Positions 16,592 through 25,160 of a stretch of 47,739 nucleotides of DNA are shown here, piece after piece. Source of the DNA: a virus (Duplodnaviria > Caudoviricetes). The position numbers and the translations under genes were made by a program. The notes beneath the pieces are model-generated. The model was not told the origin of the DNA. It ran no database searches and was given only the letters and a program-made list of their open reading frames with translations. The stretch spans positions 1-47,739 of the IMG/VR virus record IMGVR_UViG_3300044983_000133; one strand, 5' to 3'. Within the stretch, counting starts at the first letter, position 1. Each line of letters begins with the position of its first letter.

Positions 16592-17493
16592 TAGCCATTC
16601 CCCCATGTGCAACTGATATCGTGCCGTTGACAGACGGCTTGCGCCCGCTCCCGCAGCGGCAACGCGCGTTCCGGTCCACACCGACCGTGCGCGAAGTCTT
16701 CCGCGATCACTTCGAAGAAGCAGAGCCCTGCTTGTCGCCACCCGCGCCCACCGACGCCGGTCCGCTCGACGATCTCGTTCCAACGATCGACCCATTCGTC
16801 ACCGTCCAGGAGCTTTCGACCGCTCGGCGTTTGGTAGGCCAAGATGTCGATGAATTCCCCACCGTGCGACTGCCAAAAGCCGGGTTCATCGCCCTGCCAC
16901 GGATCGTCAGATTCCACGGGATAACTCGCCCCGCTCGCCCGCTCGTCTTGTAGATGCACGGCCAGGACGGCATTTGGTAATGCCGCGTGAATCGCCAGCA
17001 GCCCGCGCGAGAGTTCTGCCGATGTCCAGCCGCCACCAGGACCGACCAGTTCGAACCCTGGGCAGACGACGATCTGCGATTCATACGGCTTCAACGCCGC
17101 GAACAGGCCAGGCCAGTAGCGATCGATGTCCTCCGCACTGCCGCCGTCACCCGTCGTGAGCATCACGAACGGGACGAAGCCTTCGGCGATGACATCGCGC
17201 ACCACCCAGCCGAATACGTTGGGGGTCGTGCGCACGTCTGCTGATCGGATCGGGATGCCGGGATAGTTCGCGACCGGACAGAGCACGACGTGCGTGAGAT
17301 GCGCCGCGCGTTTGCGATCGAACCAGTCCTGCGCTTGACCATCCAGCATCAAGGGCAAGAGATACGGGTCGAACATCACCCGCCCCAGCCCATCACGCAT
17401 CCCGCAAAAGTTCGCCTTGATGTCGCGCACGTTGGCGAGCGGATGCGATGAAGAGGTTTTGTCGCCGCTGAGCACCAGATAGCTGCCGCTCAT
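16591..17493 (-). CDS. glycoside hydrolase-like (beta/alpha) barrel protein
   Basis: Alternating beta/alpha pattern (THVVLC, PFVML, PGFE, LAVH, LAYQ, CFFE); function inferred. Confidence 0.5.
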   Translation of the reverse strand: MSGSYLVLSGDKTSSSHPLANVRDIKANFCGMRDGLGRVMFDPYLLPLMLDGQAQDWFDRKRAAHLTHVVLCPVANYPGIPIRSADVRTTPNVFGWVVRDVIAEGFVPFVMLTTGDGGSAEDIDRYWPGLFAALKPYESQIVVCPGFELVGPGGGWTSAELSRGLLAIHAALPNAVLAVHLQDERASGASYPVESDDPWQGDEPGFWQSHGGEFIDILAYQTPSGRKLLDGDEWVDRWNEIVERTGVGGRGWRQAGLCFFEVIAEDFAHGRCGPERALPLRERAQAVCQRHDISCTWGNG

Positions 17494-17507
17494 GCTAGGA
17501 TTCCCGC

Positions 17508-17750
17508 ATGGAAGTCGCCGACTTGATTCGACAGGTGCAAAAGCAGTTGAAGGTTGATGGCCGCACGCGGGAAGGCCGACGACTGAAGGCGCAAACGCAG
17601 CGCGCGGTTCAGCGTATCAACGAGATGCCGTTCAGGGAGCATCCGCTGATGGTCAACCAGTGCCAAGCGCGCCACGCCCGTTCTCAACAGCGCTGCGAGT
17701 TGCAGAGCAATCACGACGGAGACCACGACAGTGGCGAATGGCACTGGTGA
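17508..17750 (+). CDS. small basic hypothetical protein, leaderless
   Basis: TGnTAGGAT (hexamer 17496-17501) with ATG 6 nt downstream. Confidence 0.55.
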   Translation: MEVADLIRQVQKQLKVDGRTREGRRLKAQTQRAVQRINEMPFREHPLMVNQCQARHARSQQRCELQSNHDGDHDSGEWHW

Positions 17751-17794
17751 ACACTCACGCATTCGGGACCAGACACTCGTAGTACAATCCCTTA

Positions 17795-18271
17795 GTGCCA
17801 TATCACTACACCTGTAAACGCTGTGGTCGCGCGTTTAGCCACCGCAATCAGCGTCGCATCTACTGCTCTCGCTCGTGTCAGGGGCTTGAGGTCGTTCGCC
17901 GCCGATGGACCCAAGATGATGTCGAGCGTTTTTGGTCGAGAGTCAACAAGACAGACAGTTGTTGGCTTTGGACCGCAATGACCACGCAAGGGTATGGCTA
18001 CACTTGGTTCCGAGGCCGGATGTGGCGTGCTCCGCGCCTTGCATGGACGCTTCTGCGCGGCGAAATTCCAGTCGGCCTTTCCGTGTGTCATCGGTGCGAC
18101 ACGCCGCTGTGCGTGAATCCCGATCATTTGTTCCTCGGAACGCAACGCGACAACATGTACGACGCGATAGCTAAGGGCCGGCTCAAGATGCCACCGGTCG
18201 GCGTCCGTGGAAAGAACGTCATCAAGAACAAGCCTCAAGCGTTTGGCACGCGCCGAATCGCGAACACGTAG
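17795..18271 (+). CDS. HNH homing endonuclease with an N-terminal Zn finger
   Basis: CKRC..YCSRSC; RFWSRV...CWLW...GYG...VCHRCDTPLCVNPDHLFLGT..DN..D...KGR; TACAAT 6 nt before the GTG. Confidence 0.92.
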   Translation: MPYHYTCKRCGRAFSHRNQRRIYCSRSCQGLEVVRRRWTQDDVERFWSRVNKTDSCWLWTAMTTQGYGYTWFRGRMWRAPRLAWTLLRGEIPVGLSVCHRCDTPLCVNPDHLFLGTQRDNMYDAIAKGRLKMPPVGVRGKNVIKNKPQAFGTRRIANT

Positions 18272-18492
18272 ACTTCGCCCGGTCGCGGCATGTAGGTCGC
18301 GGTCCCGCCGTCCACCACGACTTGTTCGTAGATCCCAGCTGTCCCATTGGGCCGTGTCTGCAGGTCTCCATGGGGCGGATTGCAGCTGACGACGTGCCCA
18401 TCGTTGCGCTCAAGGGTCGTGCCGTTGGGGGAGACCAGCCAGACTTGGGCGAAACTGACATCCGGCAACGGCTTGGTGTTCAACGCGTACAT
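18235..18492 (-). CDS. small beta-rich hypothetical protein
   Basis: GAGAGGA RBS; protein-like translation. Confidence 0.65.
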   Translation of the reverse strand: MYALNTKPLPDVSFAQVWLVSPNGTTLERNDGHVVSCNPPHGDLQTRPNGTAGIYEQVVVDGGTATYMPRPGEVYVFAIRRVPNA

Positions 18493-18508
18493 CGGTTATC
18501 CTCTCTCT

Positions 18509-18682
18509 GGCGTCGGTGCGGCGTGGATAGACACGCGAGATCACGAACCTCTGGGCTCGGCCAAGAGCCGCGAGCTGCGCAGCGTCCTGGAGGAAAGCAA
18601 TCGGTCCCGTGCGATCTGGAGTCGACTTGCTCGACTGGTTGAATCGATTAGGGACAAGCCGCCTAGTGCGGTCATCGACGCT
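18509..18682 (+). ncRNA. tRNA-like structured RNA, copy A
   Basis: 10-bp terminal stem GGCGTCGGTG/CATCGACGCT; hairpin GCGTG-GATAGA-CACGC; 3' hairpin GCCGC-CTAGT-GCGGT; TATCCT 6 nt upstream; fills the intergenic gap. Confidence 0.65.
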
Positions 18683-18689
18683 ACTCTCC

Positions 18690-19139
18690 TCACTCCTGAC
18701 ACCGAATCAAGTAGCCTGACGCTTCAGCGGCTACGGCGACCCCTGCGCCTGCGAGCACTTGCCACGGCGTATGCCGGTTCGCTTGGTTCCTGAGTTCAGC
18801 GGTGGCGAGTCCAAATGCGAGCCCGACTTTCCAGTTCCGCGAGAAGCCGACGAGACTGTTCATCGTGTGCCCGCTTGGGAATCCGTCCGGTACACAGCCG
18901 AGACACGGCCGCGCGGAAATCACGCGGTGCTTGAGGGCGAGCGTCAACCCATTGCCGACCAGTTCCGACAGACCGAGGCGTACGAGTTTGCAGTGACTAT
19001 GTCGCGCGTCCCACGCGGCAAGCGTGGGGTTCACGGCTGCCGTGCCGTAGCTCGCCCAATCCGCCCATCGGTTCACCGGCTGCTGCGCGAATGCTGGCAC
19101 CGGCAGACCGACCAGTAAGCACACCAGCAGCAGTTTCAT
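18690..19139 (-). CDS. PAP2-family phosphatase with a signal peptide
   Basis: KHRVISARP (KX6RP), FPSGH, RNQANRHTPWQ (RX5HX3D/Q); N-terminal signal ending AFA. Confidence 0.85.
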   Translation of the reverse strand: MKLLLVCLLVGLPVPAFAQQPVNRWADWASYGTAAVNPTLAAWDARHSHCKLVRLGLSELVGNGLTLALKHRVISARPCLGCVPDGFPSGHTMNSLVGFSRNWKVGLAFGLATAELRNQANRHTPWQVLAGAGVAVAAEASGYLIRCQE

Positions 19140-19309
19140 GCCGGACCTTTCGGAAGGAAGTGGCTGAGGAACTCGCGCCAGCGTTGGAAATCCTCGAGTT
19201 GCGCTTTGGCGTATTCCGCGCGCACCTCGGGCGGTTGCGCCTGAATCGAAAGCAAGACGATCTGCGCGATCGTGTTAGCGAGACTGAGTGCTGCAATCAA
19301 GGGATCCAT
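19136..19309 (-). CDS. 57-aa hypothetical protein (not in ORF track)
   Basis: Manual translation MDPLIAALSLANTIAQIVLLSIQAQPPEVRAEYAKAQLEDFQRWREFLSHFLPKGPA; ATGA overlap with the PAP2 gene. Confidence 0.65.
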   Translation of the reverse strand: MDPLIAALSLANTIAQIVLLSIQAQPPEVRAEYAKAQLEDFQRWREFLSHFLPKGPA

Positions 19310-19313
19310 CGAC

Positions 19314-19601
19314 TTACCCGTCGCTGGTCTTTCCGACGGTCCGAACGGGCGGTGTCAATCGCGCATTGCCGAACGTCTGCGAGGCTTGTGTCACCGCCGC
19401 GATCAACCGCGCGCGCTCCCCGTCTGGGATGGCGGCATGGAGAATCGCGGACCACGGGCCGTCTAAGGCTTGATCCGCGCCCGCTTTGCCGATGCGCTTC
19501 ACGATCTCGATGAGCCGGTCACGACCGGCGTGATCGGGAAACACGCCAATTGCTTCGGAAATCTGTCCCGCATACCACTCGACCGAATGATGCACGTCCA
19601 T
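19314..19601 (-). CDS. hypothetical protein
   Basis: GAGGAG RBS. Confidence 0.6.
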   Translation of the reverse strand: MDVHHSVEWYAGQISEAIGVFPDHAGRDRLIEIVKRIGKAGADQALDGPWSAILHAAIPDGERARLIAAVTQASQTFGNARLTPPVRTVGKTSDG

Positions 19602-19619
19602 GTGTTAGACTCTCCTCAA

Positions 19620-19791
19620 GGCGTCGGTGCGGCGCAGCAATGCGTCAGTCCACAGACAGGTGCCCGCGCGGAGTCTGACGCGGTGGATAGGGTCGAGGGA
19701 AAAGGACCGGCAACAAGAGAGGTCGCAACCGATTCCCGACGCCACTCCGTAAGAACGCGGGAGCCGCTCAAGCGCGGTCACCGACGCCCCA
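19620..19791 (+). ncRNA. tRNA-like structured RNA, copy B
   Basis: Perfect 10-bp stem GGCGTCGGTG/CACCGACGCC followed by CCA; GGCGCA-GCAA-TGCGTC hairpin; GCCGC-TCAAGC-GCGGT hairpin; TGnTAGACT upstream. Confidence 0.7.
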
Positions 19792-19820
19792 AACCCGCAC
19801 CGCACTCTCGGCCCGGTTCG

Positions 19821-20114
19821 TCATGGCGTCTCCTTCGTCGGCCGCACCGATGCTTGCGCCAACAATGCCGCTGTTTCTCTATTGTCTGAGGCTGTCGCGC
19901 GCAACGTTTCCACTTCATGTCGGAGGGCCGCGATCTCAGCTGCCGATTTGGTAGCTGCGCTATTGACATGTCCCACAATCACGTCCGCTTTCGCGCCGTT
20001 GCGCAGACTGACCAACACACCGATGATGGCGCCGGTCGCCGCGAGGACGCTGGCCATCGCCGTGATGATCGCGGGGGCGTTTGTGATGAGAGCTTGCAGC
20101 GTGGCGTCACTCAT
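19821..20114 (-). CDS. membrane protein of the lysis cassette (holin-like)
   Basis: N-terminal TM plus coiled coil; ATGA overlap with the endolysin. Confidence 0.6.
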   Translation of the reverse strand: MSDATLQALITNAPAIITAMASVLAATGAIIGVLVSLRNGAKADVIVGHVNSAATKSAAEIAALRHEVETLRATASDNRETAALLAQASVRPTKETP

Positions 20115-20530
20115 GCTTTTTTGCCTTCCTCGATCGGATGCAGCTCCAGCTCGGCGTGTGGTTGGTCGAAAAACTTCCACCGACCGCCCCACGTGAGCCC
20201 GCGCTTCTCGAGGGCTTGGCCGAATCGCTCCCACGGATGCGTCTGTGCGAAGGGATTCCCATCGACAAACGCACAATCCACGGCGTAGCCGTAGCCGTCC
20301 TCATGGGGCTGATGATGGCTCTTGTGATGAACGCCATCCTTGTAGGTCACGATCGGGCCTTTGGTCGTCCGTCCTTGCGCATAGAGCGCCACTTGCCGCG
20401 CCTGCGTACGCACCCCTTCCACGACGAACATCGGGTGTCCCCATTCCGACATGTCTTGGAGGACGTCAACGATCGCTTCGACCAGGGCCGGATGGATCCC
20501 TGCGAGCCGCGCGTAGTCCCGGTCGGTCAT
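20111..20530 (-). CDS. endolysin, M15-family L-Ala-D-Glu peptidase
   Basis: EGVRT..RQ..LYAQGRT..GPIVT, SHH...AVD, WGGRW..FDQPHAEL. Confidence 0.92.
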   Translation of the reverse strand: MTDRDYARLAGIHPALVEAIVDVLQDMSEWGHPMFVVEGVRTQARQVALYAQGRTTKGPIVTYKDGVHHKSHHQPHEDGYGYAVDCAFVDGNPFAQTHPWERFGQALEKRGLTWGGRWKFFDQPHAELELHPIEEGKKA

Positions 20531-20793
20531 CGTCCGACCCTCTGGGCTTGGAGCACCTGATCGATCTTCTGCTCCACCAAGGAAATCCGTTTGTCGAGCG
20601 CGGCATACGCCAGTACCACGGCGACCACAACGGTCAACACCGACAACGACAACTGAAACCAAACGGGCCACTTGTCTCCAGACCGTTGATGCCGGTATTC
20701 GGCACGGTCCTCGTCCATTGCCCGACGTACCGCGTCGTGTACCGTTTCATAGGTGCCCACCATGTCGGCCCTGCGCCTTCCCTTCGTGTCCAC
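20527..20793 (-). CDS. single-TM lysis-cassette protein (holin-like)
   Basis: One TM followed by RISLVEQKID; directly upstream of the endolysin; start may be 20763. Confidence 0.6.
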   Translation of the reverse strand: MDTKGRRRADMVGTYETVHDAVRRAMDEDRAEYRHQRSGDKWPVWFQLSLSVLTVVVAVVLAYAALDKRISLVEQKIDQVLQAQRVGR

Positions 20794-20942
20794 AGATTTT
20801 CCGTGCAGGGACCGGAAAATTCCTGGTCTACAGTCTGTGCAGCCGGATGCCCTCCTGCCCTGCGTGGGAGGGGTTCGGTTAGGGGGTTCGCGTATGCCTG
20901 TCCGCTGCGCGGCCCCCGCTTCGGTCTTGCTAGGAGTGTGTT

Positions 20943-21278
20943 ATGCGCTGCATCCTGATCGTCATCCTGGCCGCTGCCGCAGCCTGTTCGAAAGCCGCCC
21001 CGATGGCGCCGGCCCCCGTGCTCCCGCTCTGCCAACAACAGAACACCGCCGAACTCACGCTGCGAAATACTTCGCCGAACACATTCACGTTTGACGTGCT
21101 GATCGACAACGTGCTCCGTGGCACGATGGCCGTCGGCCAAACCGTTGGTCCAGTGACCGTCACGGCCGGCGTCCAACACACCGTCGTCTCACGGGTGACC
21201 AACACGTCCGTCATTGCCTGTTCCTCAACACCGTCGTTCGCGCAGTGTTCGACGAACACCTTGACGTGCAGCTTTTAA
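20943..21278 (+). CDS. lipoprotein (moron, candidate superinfection exclusion)
   Basis: MRCILIVILAAAAA-C lipobox-type signal; AGGAG RBS; opposite strand to the late operon. Confidence 0.8.
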   Translation: MRCILIVILAAAAACSKAAPMAPAPVLPLCQQQNTAELTLRNTSPNTFTFDVLIDNVLRGTMAVGQTVGPVTVTAGVQHTVVSRVTNTSVIACSSTPSFAQCSTNTLTCSF

Positions 21279-21281
21279 GCC

Positions 21282-22430
21282 TCATTCGTCGTCTCGCGGC
21301 GGCTGTGACTTTCCGCGATTCCCCTTCGGGAAGCGTTTCTCGGCCGCCGTCGGGGTCTTCAACTCAAAGCGCTGCTGAAACTGCCGCGCCGCTTCAATCG
21401 CCGCTACCGCCTCTTGATCCGACTTCCCCATGCTCCGCAGTTTCAGATACGTCAGCGTCTCCTGCGCAGTCAGGGCCGGCTTCTGTGCCGTCTCGGATGG
21501 AGCCGGTTCCGGTTGCCGCGCCTGAGCCGCTGCGCGCCGACGCGCCAGTGCTTCCTCATTCAGCAGTTGTTGCGGACTCTTGCCTCGAGTCGCCGCCTGC
21601 GCCCGTGCAATCGCCTCCTCGTACGGCGCCAAAGGAGCGCCCGGCGTGGCTGACACCGGAGCTGCAGAAGGAGGGGGACCGACTGGAGGCGGCGTACCAC
21701 CGGAAACATTTCCGCCGCGTGAAGTAGGATTTTTCTGCAGTCCGATGATGTTCCCTTGCGCATCGCTCAGCACCGTGTAACCGGCTGCGTCCTGCGCAGA
21801 TTGCGTACCACCAGACACTGATTCGGCGGGTGAGGTAGCCGGCTGATTCGCGCGATACTCCGTTCGCAACCGGCGCGTCAGGTCGAGTGGGTTCTCTACA
21901 GTTGGCGGCAAGGCATTCGGATCGGTGACCGGCAGAGCGGTTTCTTCCGATCCACCGACCGTCTTCCGTGCCCGTTGCGCCACGCGCAAGGCATTCGCCA
22001 GTCGCGGGCTGAGCATTCCGACGAGGTCAGGATTCACATCGAGCGCGGCCCCGCTTACGGTCTTGCCCGCGCGCCCCACGGCGCCAGCCGCTCCAGGAAT
22101 CGCCGCGCCCGCCGCTTGCGTGGTCGGCACCATGAACGGCATCAACCGATCGGCGAGTTCGGCAAGCCGTCCGAGCGGTTGCAACTCCGGGACAATCTGG
22201 GGCCGCTCAGGATTCGCCAGCGAGATGCGACTGACCAATTGTTGCAAGCGTTGAATCAGCGGCTCCTGTCCGCTCTCGAAGACTGGCGAGAGCGACGGGC
22301 GCAGCACGGCCGTTGATGGCGGTTCCGATTGTCCGCGCACGATCGCCGCCGCGCGTTTCGGATCGAACCCGGCCGGGAACACATGCTCCGTTCCCTGCGG
22401 GTCGACGATGACGACTTCCTGGTCAGCCAT
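21282..22430 (-). CDS. putative internal virion (ejection) protein
   Basis: Ala/Pro-rich; last of a run of abutting large genes after the tail genes. Confidence 0.55.
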   Translation of the reverse strand: MADQEVVIVDPQGTEHVFPAGFDPKRAAAIVRGQSEPPSTAVLRPSLSPVFESGQEPLIQRLQQLVSRISLANPERPQIVPELQPLGRLAELADRLMPFMVPTTQAAGAAIPGAAGAVGRAGKTVSGAALDVNPDLVGMLSPRLANALRVAQRARKTVGGSEETALPVTDPNALPPTVENPLDLTRRLRTEYRANQPATSPAESVSGGTQSAQDAAGYTVLSDAQGNIIGLQKNPTSRGGNVSGGTPPPVGPPPSAAPVSATPGAPLAPYEEAIARAQAATRGKSPQQLLNEEALARRRAAAQARQPEPAPSETAQKPALTAQETLTYLKLRSMGKSDQEAVAAIEAARQFQQRFELKTPTAAEKRFPKGNRGKSQPPRDDE

Positions 22431-23930
22431 CTACTTCTTGATCGGATTGCCGTCGGCGTCGTAGTAGACGCGACTGCCGCCCGCGCCTGTCACGCCAGCT
22501 GCGGGTGTCGGCGGTAAATAGGCGCTCCCGCCACCCACACCAATCACACCCGTGTTTTTGATCGAGTTCGCGCGAATCTGAAGATTCGTCCGCGCCATCT
22601 TGATCATGTCGCGCAGGGTGCGCTCGTCCCACTCCGCACTCAGGTTCTTCGAGGCTAACGCCAGTGCATGATCAGTCGGCGAGTTTCCGCCCATGTAGAC
22701 ATTGGCGAGTTCCGAGGTGACATCCGCAATCTGCCCCTCGAGCTGACGGGCGATGGTCGCCGCCTCCCGCCCATATGCGCCGCTCTTGGCGAGCGCCAGA
22801 TTCGCCTTGTTCAGGATCGCAAAGCGCCCGCCCTTCCACTGCTGCGCGAGGGCATCGATGACATCGAGTGAGTGCTCGGCGTTGTCGGTCGCTTGCCGCA
22901 ACCGCGTCTGCTGCGGACCGTTCAGTGTGGAGAGATGCCGCTGCGTCGCCGCCCAATCGAGTTGCGCATTCGCGAGGTTGTAGCCCTTGCGCGCGAGCGC
23001 CGCCCGGACGGGTGCGCCCAACCGATAGAGTCCTTGCAGGGTCGGCGGTTGGTCGCCACTGATGATCGCATCGGCGATGCCGTCCACGTCGTCGGCGCCG
23101 ACCAGCGGCGTGGCCGCCGGCCGATCGTTGACGGCGTTCGCCTGGGCCCGCAGCTTCGTGCGCACCGACGCGGGCACCTCTTTGCCAGGATTCGCCTGCT
23201 TCCACAGCTCAACCAGGTCATTGAACTGCGCGTCCACGCCACCAGGTGCGACCGTTTTGTCGGCTCGCCCAGACTCGCGGAAGGCTTTGCGCGCCTGCAA
23301 CTCCTCGTCCGCCGTCAACTGCGTGAAGGTCTTCCCTTGATCCTTGGCCCACTTCTGGACGAACCGTTCTTCTTCGGTCGATGCCGCAAGATCCGCTTTC
23401 TGCGGCTTCGCGATCGGCGAGCCCGCCTGGGACAACGGCCGCTTGCGCGTCAGATCGATCGCGTTCGCGATCGGCAGATGCGATCCATCTTTCAGTTCGA
23501 CAACGGCGCCACTCGACGCGAGGTCGTCCAGGCTGTAGCCGTTCTTCTCGTACGTGTCGAGTTGGTCCGACAGTTCCTTGAGGCGCTTCGCCGCGATCTT
23601 GCTCGGCGCGATCGAAATCTTGCCCTTCAAGTCTCCAGGCTGGACGTAGCCCGCGCGTGACCCAGCGGTCTCAGCCAGCGAGAGAAACTGATCGAGTGCG
23701 ACCGGATCATCGAAGTTCTGCGCATGCTCGGCGATGCCCATCAAGTAGTTGGCGCCTTGGGCCTGACGCGCCTGCTGTTCGCGCTGTTTCTGGTCGCGCT
23801 CCTGCTGGGCGAGTTGCTGCCCTTGCAGAAAGCTCTGCTGAAACGCCGCCTGCCCAGGCGAACTTCCGCCCAACCCGCCGATCACTGCGGGCAGCATTTT
23901 GATCAGCGCGCCGTAGTCGGGTCCGTCCAC
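22431..23930 (-). CDS. putative internal virion (DNA ejection) protein
   Basis: Helical, Gln/Ala-rich; podovirus synteny. Confidence 0.6.
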   Translation of the reverse strand: MDGPDYGALIKMLPAVIGGLGGSSPGQAAFQQSFLQGQQLAQQERDQKQREQQARQAQGANYLMGIAEHAQNFDDPVALDQFLSLAETAGSRAGYVQPGDLKGKISIAPSKIAAKRLKELSDQLDTYEKNGYSLDDLASSGAVVELKDGSHLPIANAIDLTRKRPLSQAGSPIAKPQKADLAASTEEERFVQKWAKDQGKTFTQLTADEELQARKAFRESGRADKTVAPGGVDAQFNDLVELWKQANPGKEVPASVRTKLRAQANAVNDRPAATPLVGADDVDGIADAIISGDQPPTLQGLYRLGAPVRAALARKGYNLANAQLDWAATQRHLSTLNGPQQTRLRQATDNAEHSLDVIDALAQQWKGGRFAILNKANLALAKSGAYGREAATIARQLEGQIADVTSELANVYMGGNSPTDHALALASKNLSAEWDERTLRDMIKMARTNLQIRANSIKNTGVIGVGGGSAYLPPTPAAGVTGAGGSRVYYDADGNPIKK

Positions 23931-25160
23931 TTACAACGCTCCCAGGATGTAGCCGAGAATCTGGCCCCACGCCGCCGCGGAGTTCGCCGAGTTCCGATCA
24001 TTCAACTGCTGGGTGTTCAGATTGAGGTTGCCGAGTCCGGTCAACGCGCTGAGCGCTGAAGTCGGCGAGGTCGCGCCTTCGCCAGACGCCCGAAGCAGTT
24101 GATCCAGTCGCCGTTCATCAAACAACGGGAAGAGTTCAGCCGTCGTCACCGCTTCCTTACCGAGTGCATTCTGCCGATCCTGCGCTGACCGAGACACGTT
24201 CAGCAGCGATGCCAGCGTGGCGAGCTGTTCCTGTGCCCGCCGCTGCTTTTCGTTGATCGCCTGAATCGCAGTGTCGTTCGCCGCACTCCCGACCGCTTTC
24301 TGATAGTCGGCATTGGTGCCTCGGTTCAAGACATCGAGCAATCCAGACGACGGCAGCATCCCGCGCGCGCCGACACGCTCTTTGTTCTGGCGCAACGCCG
24401 CATCACGCGCTTGGGTCAACGGCTCGAGATACCGCGTGCGCAGCGCCGCATCTTCCCCAGCGGTGTAGGGCGCGCCACTCAGATCGTTCACGCGGTTCAG
24501 CCCGAACAGCTGCAAGAGCTGCTGAAACGGATCGACCTGTTGCTGCTGTTGATTCAGCGACGACAACCGCTGCAATGCTTGCGTCAGGTAGAGCATCGAC
24601 GAGGGATCGTCGTAGCCGAATGCTGATGTAGGCGGAATCTGTTGACCACGCGTCCCGCCGCCGAAGACTTCGCCCGTGTGCGGGTTGTTGTTCGGGTCTT
24701 CGCGGAACCGTTCGAGGAAATAGTTGATGTTCTGGTCCGTCAGGCCGCCATTGGCATTCTTGAGGTAGTTGATCCAGACGTTCTTGTCCTGATGCCCACG
24801 GATGTTCTGATTCGCGAACCAGTCATCGACGATCGATTCGGCTGTGCGTCCGCCACCGCCCGAGGCAGCAGCCGCCATCGGCGCATTGGTGTACGACAAC
24901 TGCGTTCCGATCGGCGCGGCGGTGTTCGCGCCGGGATGCTCCGCGCCATAGGCCGAGTAGTACGGATCCCACGGCTGCGGCGCTCCACCCCCACCGGAGA
25001 ATGCCGCAAAGGGATCCTGCGCCGGCGCGGGCGCTGGCGCGAAGTCCTGAATGGTGAACCCACCAGACTTGCCGCCCGTCTCGCCACCGCCGCCGAAGTC
25101 GATCCAGTCGGCGGGCTGATAGTCGCTCTCCCCGAGATTGTCCCAGCGAATGCTCGCCAT
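23931..25160 (-). CDS. putative internal virion (DNA transfer) protein
   Basis: GARGMLPSSG-type motif; Gly/Gln-rich; hydrophobic C-terminus; TAATG overlap. Confidence 0.6.
   Translation of the reverse strand: MASIRWDNLGESDYQPADWIDFGGGGETGGKSGGFTIQDFAPAPAPAQDPFAAFSGGGGAPQPWDPYYSAYGAEHPGANTAAPIGTQLSYTNAPMAAAASGGGGRTAESIVDDWFANQNIRGHQDKNVWINYLKNANGGLTDQNINYFLERFREDPNNNPHTGEVFGGGTRGQQIPPTSAFGYDDPSSMLYLTQALQRLSSLNQQQQQVDPFQQLLQLFGLNRVNDLSGAPYTAGEDAALRTRYLEPLTQARDAALRQNKERVGARGMLPSSGLLDVLNRGTNADYQKAVGSAANDTAIQAINEKQRRAQEQLATLASLLNVSRSAQDRQNALGKEAVTTAELFPLFDERRLDQLLRASGEGATSPTSALSALTGLGNLNLNTQQLNDRNSANSAAAWGQILGYILGAL

Noticed and set aside
18509-19791. Canonical tRNA or tmRNA calls for the two structured elements
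   Set aside because: 10-bp rather than 7-bp terminal stem, no TTCRANY loop, no anticodon arm, no evident tag reading frame, too short for tmRNA
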